Shown here in pieces: positions 1-8,370 of a stretch of 64,000 nucleotides of DNA. The DNA comes from Gemmatimonadota bacterium (GTDB lineage: Bacteria; Gemmatimonadota; Gemmatimonadetes; Gemmatimonadales; GWC2-71-9): assembly GCA_039586365.1 (NCBI GenBank), contig JBDHKN010000006.1:32001-96000 (forward strand), given 5' to 3'. The position numbers and the translations under genes are program-made. The notes under the pieces are model-generated. The model was not told the DNA's origin, made no database searches, and saw only the letters and a list, made by a program, of their open reading frames with translations. Position 1 is the stretch's first letter. Every line of letters starts with the position of its first letter.

Positions 1-1
1 A

Positions 2-1264
2 TGTGAGCGTGCTGGCAAAGTGCTCGTGGGCGGAGTGAACAGTCCGGTGCGTGCCTTCCGAGCGGTGGGAGGCAAGCCGGTCTTCATAGACCGCATGGAG
101 GGTGCGTGCGTCCACGACGTGGATGGAAACACCTATGTAGATCTAGTGGGCAGTTGGGGGCCCTCGGTTGTGGGGCACGCGCACGCGGACGTGGTTGAGG
201 CGGTGCGAGAGGCGGCCGCACGGGGTCTGAGTTTTGGCGCTTGTTGTGCAGCGGAGGCTGAGTTGGCGGAACTCATCGTCGGGGCCGTGCCATCCATTGA
301 GCTGGTCCGGTTCGTCAACAGCGGTACCGAAGCTACCATGAGTGCGATCCGCCTCGCACGGGCCGCCACGGGTAGGTCCAAGATCCTCAAGTTCGTGGGG
401 TGCTACCATGGGCACGTCGACGGGCTGTTAGTGGCTGCCGGTTCGGGAGCGGCTACGTTTGGGGTGCCCGATTCGGCTGGTGTGCCTGCATCGTACACCC
501 GTGAAACCCTACTGGCTCAATTCAATGACTTGAAGGCAGTAGAACGGGTCATGAGCCGGCATGGCTCGGAGGTAGCCGCGATCTTGGTTGAGCCGGTGGC
601 GGGGAATATGGGCTACGTGGAGCCGGTTCGCGGATTCTTGGGGGGGCTGCGCACACTGTGCGATGAACATGGCAGCCTGTTGATCTTCGACGAAGTGATG
701 ACCGGCTTCAGGGTCGCGTGGGGCGGTTATCAGAACTCTTGTGGCATCAATCCCAATTTGACCTGCTTGGGCAAAGTCATTGGTGGTGGGATGCCGGTAG
801 CAGCCTATGGTGGTGCGAAGGAACTCATGGAGCTGGTGAGTCCTCTGGGGCCAACCTATCAAGCCGGTACGCTGAGCGGCAGCCCCGTCGGCATGGCTGC
901 CGGTATCGCGACTCTGAAGCTGTGCAAGGCGACCGGCTTCTACGATTCGCTACATGGCAAGTCCCTGCAACTTGCGCTGGGGCTCCAAGCAGCAGCAGCT
1001 GAGGCGGGTCTTACCGTGCAGACGGGTGCCACTGGAGGGATGTTGGGTATGGCTTTCCTGGACCGGCCGGTGCGCAACTTCGCTGACGCGCAGGCCTGCA
1101 ATCACGATCTGTTTGCTGCGTTCTTCCGAGCGATGCTGGACCGGGGCGTTTGGCTGCCACCCTCGGGATACGAAGCCATGTTCCTCTCCGCCGCGCACGA
1201 CGACGACGCGATCGGGCGGATTCTCGACGCAGCAAGAGAGAGCTTCCGAATTCGACTGCCATGA
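2..1264 (+). CDS. hemL: Glutamate-1-semialdehyde 2,1-aminomutase (5' end lies outside the window)
   Basis: GGVNSPVRAF, FVNSGTEATMSAIRLARA, YHGH, LIFDEVMTGFR and GKVIGGGMP (PLP lysine) motifs; frame is open back to the window start. Confidence 0.95.
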   Translation, partial: CERAGKVLVGGVNSPVRAFRAVGGKPVFIDRMEGACVHDVDGNTYVDLVGSWGPSVVGHAHADVVEAVREAAARGLSFGACCAAEAELAELIVGAVPSIELVRFVNSGTEATMSAIRLARAATGRSKILKFVGCYHGHVDGLLVAAGSGAATFGVPDSAGVPASYTRETLLAQFNDLKAVERVMSRHGSEVAAILVEPVAGNMGYVEPVRGFLGGLRTLCDEHGSLLIFDEVMTGFRVAWGGYQNSCGINPNLTCLGKVIGGGMPVAAYGGAKELMELVSPLGPTYQAGTLSGSPVGMAAGIATLKLCKATGFYDSLHGKSLQLALGLQAAAAEAGLTVQTGATGGMLGMAFLDRPVRNFADAQACNHDLFAAFFRAMLDRGVWLPPSGYEAMFLSAAHDDDAIGRILDAARESFRIRLP

Positions 1265-2151
1265 ACTCCCTACGTGTGGGAACTCGTGGCAGCGATCTGG
1301 CGCTATGGCAGGCGAACTGGATCTGTGATCGGTTGCGCGATACGCACTCAGGTGTGGCGGCCGAGCTAGTTGTCATCAAGACCCACGGTGACGTGACTGC
1401 GGATGAGAGGTTCGGTCGGACCTGGCCTGTAGGAGCGTTCGTCAGGGCGTTGGAAACGGCCCTGCTCGACGAGAGGATCGATGTCGCGGTGCACAGCTGC
1501 AAAGACCTGCAGACCACTCAGACGAGCGGGCTGCGGATTGCGGCAACGCCGGTGCGGGAAGTCGCGAACGACGTGCTCCTAACCAGCACGGGCGTACGAT
1601 TGGACAGCCTGCCTCCCCTCGCGCGCATCGGGACGAGCAGTCCGCGCCGGGCCGCCCAGATACTACAACTGGGGGACTTCGAGATCGTCCCTCTGCGGGG
1701 CAATGTTCCGACTCGTATAGCCAAGATGGAGCAGCAAGGTCTCGATGGGATCGTGCTGGCGGCGGCCGGGCTCAGGCGGTTGGGGATCGACTATCCCCAC
1801 GCGATCGACCTCCCCACGGATAGCTTCGTTCCCGCGCCGGGCCAGGGTGCGTTGGCGGTTCAGGTGCGTGCAGGGAGTGAAGCCTCGGAGCTAGTGACGG
1901 TCCTGGAGGATCCGCCGACGCGCGCAGCCGTTACCGCCGAGCGGTGTCTCCTCCGCGAGATCAACGCGGGCTGCCACACACCGGTCGGTGCGCTGGCCAC
2001 GGTGGATGCCGGGACGATATCACTCCAGGCGCAGTTGTTCAGTGACGATTACAGGCGCTGCGTGGCAGGTAGCGAGTCGGGTATGATTCCCGAGGTCATC
2101 GGAGCAAGCTTAGCCCGCAGACTGATGGAAGAGCTACGGGGCCGGCGGTAG
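1261..2151 (+). CDS. hemC: Hydroxymethylbilane synthase (porphobilinogen deaminase)
   Basis: ATG 1261 overlaps the hemL stop (ATGA); RVGTRGSDLALWQA, AVHSCKD, GTSSPRR, RGNVPTR, PAPGQGAL and AGCHTPVG (cofactor Cys). Confidence 0.95.
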   Translation: MNSLRVGTRGSDLALWQANWICDRLRDTHSGVAAELVVIKTHGDVTADERFGRTWPVGAFVRALETALLDERIDVAVHSCKDLQTTQTSGLRIAATPVREVANDVLLTSTGVRLDSLPPLARIGTSSPRRAAQILQLGDFEIVPLRGNVPTRIAKMEQQGLDGIVLAAAGLRRLGIDYPHAIDLPTDSFVPAPGQGALAVQVRAGSEASELVTVLEDPPTRAAVTAERCLLREINAGCHTPVGALATVDAGTISLQAQLFSDDYRRCVAGSESGMIPEVIGASLARRLMEELRGRR

Positions 2152-2158
2152 TAGCTGC

Positions 2159-3184
2159 TCAGCCGTGGGTTTCTTGCCACCAGCGGGCGTAGTCCAACGC
2201 TGCATAAGAGAATATCAGGTCTGCACCGGCGCGCGATATCCCCAAGAGCGCCTCTGTCATGCAGGCCCGGTAGTCGAGCCAACCCCTATCCGCCGCCGCT
2301 TTGATCATGGAGTATTCTCCGCTCACTTGGTATGCGGCGATTGGTAGTGCAGTACCTTTCCGGAGCCGGCTTATCACGTCGAGGTAGGGAAGAGCTGGTT
2401 TGACCATTAGGATGTCCGCACCCTCATCCTCGTCGAGCATGGCCTCGACTGACGCTTCGCGGGCGTTTGCCGGGTCAATCTGGTAAGTCTTTTTGTCCGT
2501 GGGGACGTTTGGGGCGGCAGCCGGGGCGGAATCGAGCGCCTCCCGAAATGGTCCGTAGTACCCCGAGGCATACTTTGCGGTGTAACTCAGAATAGCCACG
2601 TCAAACGCCTCTGCCGCGTCTAGGGCAGCGCGGATGGCGGCGACCCGCCCATCCATCATGTCGGACGGAGCGACCATGTCTGCACCGGCTTCCGCATGCA
2701 GCACGGCCATCCTGGCCAACATATCTACGGTTTCATCGTTGAGTATTGTCCCATCTGGAGAGACCAGTCCGTCGTGTCCATGACTCGAATAGGGGTCAAG
2801 AGCGATATCAGTGACAATGTAGGCTTCGGGGATCGCTTGCTTCAGAGTCTGAACCGCTTGGCAGAGCAGGTTGTCCGGATTCACCGCCTCCTGCGCATCA
2901 GGTGTCTTGCGAGATGGATCGATGGCAGGGAACAGAGCGAAAGCACCTAGGCCCAGCGAAAGGGCCTCCTTACATCGCTTGATGATTAGATCTACCGACA
3001 GGCGGGCATGGCCAGGCATCGCTTCGATCGGCTGGGATATGTTCCGACCAGCTACTGTGAACAGCGGCAGGACCAGGTGGTTGGGCCCGAGGTTGGCCTC
3101 CTGTACCAAGCCACGTATGACGGCGTTGCGTCGCAGTCGGCGGGGGCGACGCCACGGACGGGGAAGTTCGGACAGCGAATGCAT
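2159..3184 (-). CDS. hemB: Porphobilinogen synthase (ALA dehydratase)
   Basis: RPRRLRR, DIALDPYSSHGHDG, APSDMMDGRV, KYASGYYGPFREA, MVKPALPYLD and AYQVSGEY motifs. Confidence 0.96.
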   Translation of the reverse strand: MHSLSELPRPWRRPRRLRRNAVIRGLVQEANLGPNHLVLPLFTVAGRNISQPIEAMPGHARLSVDLIIKRCKEALSLGLGAFALFPAIDPSRKTPDAQEAVNPDNLLCQAVQTLKQAIPEAYIVTDIALDPYSSHGHDGLVSPDGTILNDETVDMLARMAVLHAEAGADMVAPSDMMDGRVAAIRAALDAAEAFDVAILSYTAKYASGYYGPFREALDSAPAAAPNVPTDKKTYQIDPANAREASVEAMLDEDEGADILMVKPALPYLDVISRLRKGTALPIAAYQVSGEYSMIKAAADRGWLDYRACMTEALLGISRAGADLIFSYAALDYARWWQETHG

Positions 3185-3310
3185 GCTACGTTCCTTTCGC
3201 CACTACAGTCAGTCAAGCTATCGCCTTCGAAAGTAATTGACCCACCGCCAAGCTCGAGCGATAGGGGGGAGTCTGTCCGTTGTGAGCTGCAGCACACCAA
3301 GACCCGTAAA

Positions 3311-3396
3311 CGTGACAAAAATCTCGCAAGGCCTTGACTCGGGTCCGCCGAGCGCTAAAATGAGAAAAGTCGCACAAACGTGACGAATATCTCGCA
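3311..3396 (+). promoter_or_regulatory. Putative sigma70 promoter of rex flanked by two GTGA-N8-TCGC operator copies
   Basis: TTGACT (3334-3339), 16 bp, TAAAAT (3356-3361); CGTGACAAAAATCTCGCA at 3311 and CGTGACGAATATCTCGCA at 3379. Confidence 0.75.
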
Positions 3397-3439
3397 AAGC
3401 GCCAGCGAAGGCAGTGTTCCGTCGCTGAGCGGAGGTGCT

Positions 3440-4075
3440 TTGGCACGCCTTAGAAGATTGGTACTCGAACGATTGATGCGGTACTATCGGTTCCTCTCGG
3501 GATCGACGGGCAGGAAGTCGCCCAAGACAGTCACGAGTGCTCAAATCGCCGAGGCTCTGGATCTCGATCCCACCCAAGTGCGCAAGGATTTCGGTGCCAT
3601 CGGTCTCCTCGGCATGGGCCGAGTCGGATTCGATAGATGTGAGGTATGCCGTTCTATCAGGGTGGTCATGGGTTTCGACCAGGAATATGAGGCAGTGGTG
3701 ATAGGCGCCGGTAACCTGGGTGCCGCACTCATGACTTATTCTGGGTTTGATTCCTATGGGTTGCGCATAGTGGCGGCCTTCGACAATGACCGGCGTGTCA
3801 TAGGCCGTAAAATCGCAGGACATAAGATTCAATCCACCAGGTCGCTCACGCCGTTCATCAAAAAGCATGCGATTCGCCTCGCTATCCTCACGACGCCGGT
3901 CGAGGTGTCTCAGAAGGTCACGGATCGTCTGGTAGCGACCGGCATAGAGGCGATCTGGAACTTCACTCCCACTCACCTCGTGGTACCGCCGAGCGTATTC
4001 GTGCGGAACGAGCACATTTCGCTGGGTTTGTCGGTGCTCGCGTACCATTTGAAGGAAGACGCGGCGGAGGAGTAG
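3440..4075 (+). CDS. rex: Redox-sensing transcriptional repressor Rex
   Basis: ERLMRYYRFL, QVRKDF wHTH, IGAGNLGAAL Rossmann fold, AIWNFTP; start placed at TTG 3440 because GGAGG lies at 3431-3435 (ORF track starts at 3380). Confidence 0.92.
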   Translation: MARLRRLVLERLMRYYRFLSGSTGRKSPKTVTSAQIAEALDLDPTQVRKDFGAIGLLGMGRVGFDRCEVCRSIRVVMGFDQEYEAVVIGAGNLGAALMTYSGFDSYGLRIVAAFDNDRRVIGRKIAGHKIQSTRSLTPFIKKHAIRLAILTTPVEVSQKVTDRLVATGIEAIWNFTPTHLVVPPSVFVRNEHISLGLSVLAYHLKEDAAEE

Positions 4076-4176
4076 GCGGCCGTGGCGTCCCCCGGGGATT
4101 TCCCGAAAATAATGCCAAGGATTTCTGAAGGGTCGTGCTGCCGCATTGCCCTTGGCGCCCAGTCCCAATGGTAAAT

Positions 4177-4393
4177 CGTGACGATAATCTCACATACTCA
4201 TGAGATATCGTGATAAATATCTCGTAATCCTTCGCAATGCACTTGCCTCCGCCGGACCGGGCTGCCAGATTGAATCGTGACAAAAATCTCACACTGAGCA
4301 GGTTTACCGTGACAAATATCTCACAAGGCCTTGACGGGGGTGTTTCACGAGCTAATATGAGCTTGAGCGTGAAATCGTGACAAAAATCTCACA
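4177..4393 (+). promoter_or_regulatory. aprB promoter region with five operator copies (4177, 4209, 4276, 4308, 4376) and a sigma70 promoter
   Basis: CGTGA-N8-TC(A/G)(C/T)A repeats; TTGACG (4331-4336), 16 bp, TAATAT (4353-4358). Confidence 0.8.
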
Positions 4394-4590
4394 ACCCAGG
4401 CGCAGTCGCTGCGCACCCGAATTGGACGTCTTTTGGTAGCGTGTCTGACGGGTAGAGCAGCTGTCGATGTGGTCCGCGCCGACTCTCTGTTGCTTGGCGC
4501 CTGTCGGCAGATGATGCCGGTGTGGATTTCCAATTGCAGGTTGGGTCGTATTCCCGGGATGCCCTATCTGAGTAGAAAGGAAGAAGGAAG

Positions 4591-5058
4591 ATGCCAAGTT
4601 TCGTAAACCCGGACAAATGTGACGGATGCAAGGCTCTCGACAAGACGGCCTGTCAGTTCATTTGCCCGAACGACCTCATGGTCTTGAACAAGGATACCAT
4701 GAAGGCCTTCAACCAGGATCCACAGATGTGCTGGGAGTGCTACAGCTGCGTGAAGATCTGTCCGACGCAGGCGATTGAGGTACGTGGGTACGCTGACTTC
4801 GTGCCGCTGGGAGCGAGTGTTACGGCGATGCGCAGTACCGAGGACATCATGTGGACGGTTCAGTTCCGCAGTAAGGAGATCAAGCCGAAGCGGTTCAAGT
4901 TTCCCCACCGTAGGGGTGTTGAGGAAGGCAAAGCACAGCCATTCGATCACTATCCGACGGGCGACGATGATATCAAGAGCCCGACCTTGATGTGTGAGCC
5001 AGCCGGACTGAATACCGATAGAGGTCCGGTGAAAATGGACAAGGTGCCGACGGTGTAG
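4591..5058 (+). CDS. aprB: Adenylylsulfate reductase beta subunit
   Basis: MPSFVNPDKCDGCK...CQFICPNDLM and CWECYSCVKICP ferredoxin motifs; VRGYADF. Confidence 0.97.
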   Translation: MPSFVNPDKCDGCKALDKTACQFICPNDLMVLNKDTMKAFNQDPQMCWECYSCVKICPTQAIEVRGYADFVPLGASVTAMRSTEDIMWTVQFRSKEIKPKRFKFPHRRGVEEGKAQPFDHYPTGDDDIKSPTLMCEPAGLNTDRGPVKMDKVPTV

Positions 5059-5122
5059 TCGAGCACGGTCATGCAAAGAACTTGTTTCTTCGGCTGAGGA
5101 AACTCCAAGGAGAAGAGCGAAA

Positions 5123-7015
5123 ATGCCGAAATTTGAAACCGTAACGGTTGAGACGGACCTGCTGATCTGCGGCGGCGGGATGGCCGCCTGCGGTGCAGCT
5201 GTGGAAGCGGCGTACTGGGCCAAAAGGCATGGGCTGAAGGTCACGGTGGTCGACAAGGCGGCGATGGACCGCTCTGGGGCTGTCGCGATGGGCCTCTCTG
5301 CCATCAACCAGTACGTGGACCTGAACAGCGGTAACAACACGCTGAACGATTACATCGACTACGTCCGCAACGACCTCATGGGTATCACGCGTGAGGATCT
5401 GGTAGCGAGCATCGCACGTCACGTGGACTCGACTGTCCACCTCTTCGAGAAGTGGGGTCTGCCCATCTGGAAGGACCAGGACGGCAACTATGTCCACGAG
5501 GGTCGTTGGCAGTTGATGATCAATGGTGAGTCGTACAAAGTCATCGTTGCCGAGGCAGCCAAGAACGCCCTGGCTGAGGCCGGTGGGGAGTACTTCGAGC
5601 GCGTCTTCATAACCCACCCACTGATGGACGGTGACAAGTGCGTGGGTGCGATTGGCTTCAGCGTCAGAGAGAACAAGGTGTATGTCTTCAAGGCCAAGGC
5701 CACGTTGGTGGCCATGGGTGGAGCGGTGCACGTGTTCAAGCCGCGCTCCACTGGTGAGGGCTTCGGCCGTTCCTGGTATCCGCCGTTCAACTCCGGCGCC
5801 AGCGCCTTTTTCACAATCTATGCCGGTGCCGAGATGACCTGTCAGGAAGTCCGGTTCATTCCGGTGCGCTTCAAAGACGCGTACGGACCGGTCGGTGCGT
5901 GGTTCCTGCTATTCAAGTCTATCGCAACGAATGCTTACGGCGGCAACTACATGCAGGACAACGCCGCAGAGCTCGACAAGTGGGAGCCCTACGGCAAGGT
6001 GAAGCCGCGTCCCGCCAACATCCGCAATTGGCTGATGATGTTGGATGTAATGGAAGGCAAGAGCCCCATCTACATGCAGACAGCCGATGCCATCAAGGCA
6101 ATTGCCGACAAAGCACCGGACGAGAAGGCCGCTAAGAAGAAGCTGAAGGAGCTGGAAGCAGAAGCTTGGGAGGACTTCCTCGACATGACGATCTCGCAGG
6201 CGATTCTCTGGGCTGCAACGAATGTCGAGCCCGAAAGGAAGCCGTCCGAGATCATGGCTTGTGATCCCTACTTCATCGGCTCCCACTCCGGTGCGTCCGG
6301 GGCTTGGGTCTCTGGACCGGAAGACCTCCAGACTGCGGAGACCAAGGCTGAGTACTTCTGGGGCTATCCGCACATGACGACGGTCAAAGGGATGTTCGCC
6401 GCGGGTGACGCCTCGGGAGCTTCGAGCCACAAGTTCTCATCCGGCTCGCACGCCGAAGGCCGTATTGCCGCCAAGGGAGCCATCTCCTACATCGTCGACA
6501 ACAACACCCCACCCAACGTGGACCAGAAGCAGGTCGACGCGTTGACAGAGGAGATCCTGAAGCCACTCGACACCTTTGAGCAGTTCAAGGGTGCCACGAC
6601 TGATCCGAACATCAATCCCAACTACATCCGCCCAACGCAGTTCATGTACCGGCTGCAGAAGATCATGGACGAGTATTCGGGTGGTGTGTCGAGTCAGTTC
6701 AAGACCAATGACAAGCTCCTCGAGAAGGGCATGGAGTTGCTGGGTTACCTCAAGGAAGATGCTGGTCAACTCGCGGCGGAGAACCTACACGAGCTGATGC
6801 GGTGCTGGGAGAACGTCCATCGGATGTTCCAGGCGGACGCGCACATGCGTTCCATTCTCTTTCGTGAGGAGACTCGTTGGCCAGGTTACTACTTCCGGGC
6901 TGACAAGCCAAGCATGGACGACAAGAATTGGCTCGCCTTCTGCAATTGTGTTTACAAGAAGGACACGGGCGAGTGGGAGATGATCAAGAGGCCTGTCAAG
7001 CGCATCACAGCGTAG
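5123..7015 (+). CDS. aprA: Adenylylsulfate reductase alpha subunit
   Basis: GGGMAACG, RSGAVAMGLSAIN, WQLMINGESYK, RFKDAYGPVGAWFL, HKFSSGSHAEGR and REETRWPGYY. Confidence 0.98.
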   Translation: MPKFETVTVETDLLICGGGMAACGAAVEAAYWAKRHGLKVTVVDKAAMDRSGAVAMGLSAINQYVDLNSGNNTLNDYIDYVRNDLMGITREDLVASIARHVDSTVHLFEKWGLPIWKDQDGNYVHEGRWQLMINGESYKVIVAEAAKNALAEAGGEYFERVFITHPLMDGDKCVGAIGFSVRENKVYVFKAKATLVAMGGAVHVFKPRSTGEGFGRSWYPPFNSGASAFFTIYAGAEMTCQEVRFIPVRFKDAYGPVGAWFLLFKSIATNAYGGNYMQDNAAELDKWEPYGKVKPRPANIRNWLMMLDVMEGKSPIYMQTADAIKAIADKAPDEKAAKKKLKELEAEAWEDFLDMTISQAILWAATNVEPERKPSEIMACDPYFIGSHSGASGAWVSGPEDLQTAETKAEYFWGYPHMTTVKGMFAAGDASGASSHKFSSGSHAEGRIAAKGAISYIVDNNTPPNVDQKQVDALTEEILKPLDTFEQFKGATTDPNINPNYIRPTQFMYRLQKIMDEYSGGVSSQFKTNDKLLEKGMELLGYLKEDAGQLAAENLHELMRCWENVHRMFQADAHMRSILFREETRWPGYYFRADKPSMDDKNWLAFCNCVYKKDTGEWEMIKRPVKRITA

Positions 7016-7030
7016 GCTAAATAGATCTGC

Positions 7031-7071
7031 CAGGATTCTTGGGCGTCGCGGTGCGGCGTCCGAGGGTCCTG
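7031..7071 (+). terminator. 19-bp RNA stem-loop 3' of aprA (mRNA-stabilising or attenuating hairpin)
   Basis: CAGGATTCTTGGGCGTCGC-GGT-GCGGCGTCCGAGGGTCCTG; all five non-Watson-Crick pairs are G-U on the + strand; no strong U-tract. Confidence 0.55.
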
Positions 7072-7198
7072 ACTCCTGAATCAACTTCGATTTTCCTTCG
7101 TGCAAGTCCGAAGGCGTCTTTACAGACTGTGGGGCCGTGAACGGATGATCGCGGTTCCCGGACCAATCCGAAGGACCGTTGAGCAACCGAGGAATCCC

Positions 7199-7483
7199 AT
7201 GGCAGACACACGTCGAACCTGCCCCCACTGCGGATCCCACCTCAAGAAGTGGTTGGTTCCGGCTGAGGCGAGCTGGAGCGAGGAGTTCTTCTTTGTCTGT
7301 TTCAATGACGACTGCTCCTACTATAAGGACGGCTGGCGCTGGATGAAAGAGAAGTACAACCAAGAAGCTTCCTATCGATACATGATCAATCCAACTACCG
7401 GTGCCGCATCGATGATACCAGTGTGGTCTGACTCCGCAACTCGGGAAATGGTGGTGGAGGATGCCGAAGGAGATGAAGCATGA
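7199..7483 (+). CDS. Small zinc-ribbon-like protein (CPHC...CFNDDC)
   Basis: ATG 7199 after GAGGA; four Cys; stop overlaps the next start (ATGA). Confidence 0.75.
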   Translation: MADTRRTCPHCGSHLKKWLVPAEASWSEEFFFVCFNDDCSYYKDGWRWMKEKYNQEASYRYMINPTTGAASMIPVWSDSATREMVVEDAEGDEA

Positions 7484-8370
7484 GCGACGGTCAGGACTCC
7501 CCGACCAGGGACCAACGTGAACAGCTGCAAGAGAAGATATTGACGGAATACCCTCGGCTCGGGCGGGACGACACGTTCCAGTTCTCTTGTCACCCCGGCG
7601 TGTCCTGCTTCAACAAGTGCTGCGGCGACGTCAACATATTCCTTTCTCCATATGATGTACTGCGAATGAAGCGGCGGCTCGGCATGAGTTCGACCGCTTT
7701 TCTGGACAAATACGCCCTCATGCCCGTTCAGAAGGACATGAAGACACCCGTCGTCATGCTGCGTATGAACGAGGACGATACTAAGAGTTGCCCTCACTTG
7801 ACGGGCGGGGGGTGCGGCATCTACTCGGACCGACCATGGCCTTGTCGCATGTATCCGTTGGGGTTGGCGGCACAAAAGGATACGTCAGATGGATGGCGGG
7901 GTGATCGGTTCTATTTCGTGCTGCAAGAAGAAGGGTGTAAGGGATTCGGGGAAGGGCAGCAGTGGACGGTGCAGCAGTGGCTCGATGACCAAGGCATCGG
8001 CGAGTACGACGAATGGGGAGAAGCGTTCAAGGAACTGGCGCTTCACAAGTTCTTCGAGGAAGGTGGCGTCCTTTCACCTGAGAAGATGCACATGTTCTTC
8101 ACTGCGTGCTACGACTTGGACAAGTTCCGGGAGTTCGTGTTCGGTAGCACGCTGTTGCAGCGGTTCGAGATGGACGAAGACTTCGTTGAAGAAATGCGCT
8201 ACGAGGATGAAGCGTTGTTGCGGTTCGCGTTCTTGTGGCTGCGATTCAGTCTCTTCGGCGAGCCAACAATGAAGGTGAAGAAGGGCGTTTTCGAAGCCTT
8301 CAAGGGAAGCGTCGACAAGAAGCGGTTGTTCGACAGAGAGTTGGTCAAGACCTCCGAAGGGGATGCATGA
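7480..8370 (+). CDS. YkgJ-like (CxxCxxCC) putative Zn/Fe-chelating cysteine-cluster protein
   Basis: CHPGVSCFNKCC, CPHL...CGIYSDRPWPCRMYPLG and a later EGCKG Cys. Confidence 0.8.
   Translation: MSDGQDSPTRDQREQLQEKILTEYPRLGRDDTFQFSCHPGVSCFNKCCGDVNIFLSPYDVLRMKRRLGMSSTAFLDKYALMPVQKDMKTPVVMLRMNEDDTKSCPHLTGGGCGIYSDRPWPCRMYPLGLAAQKDTSDGWRGDRFYFVLQEEGCKGFGEGQQWTVQQWLDDQGIGEYDEWGEAFKELALHKFFEEGGVLSPEKMHMFFTACYDLDKFREFVFGSTLLQRFEMDEDFVEEMRYEDEALLRFAFLWLRFSLFGEPTMKVKKGVFEAFKGSVDKKRLFDRELVKTSEGDA

Noticed and set aside
3380..3439. rex start at GTG 3380 as given by the ORF track
   Set aside because: That GTG lies inside an operator copy and has no RBS; TTG 3440 has GGAGG upstream and matches the usual Rex N-terminus length
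3218..4168. Long antisense or alternate-frame ORFs (e.g. 3218-4168, 8604-9620, 16523-17344, 49171-49989)
   Set aside because: They shadow well-supported genes, have no recognisable motifs, and are expected in GC-rich coding DNA
4177..4393. Repeated 18-mers as a mini-CRISPR array
   Set aside because: Repeats are short, degenerate and palindromic with alternating 14- and ~50-bp gaps, they flank a sigma70 promoter, and no cas genes are present; they fit operators
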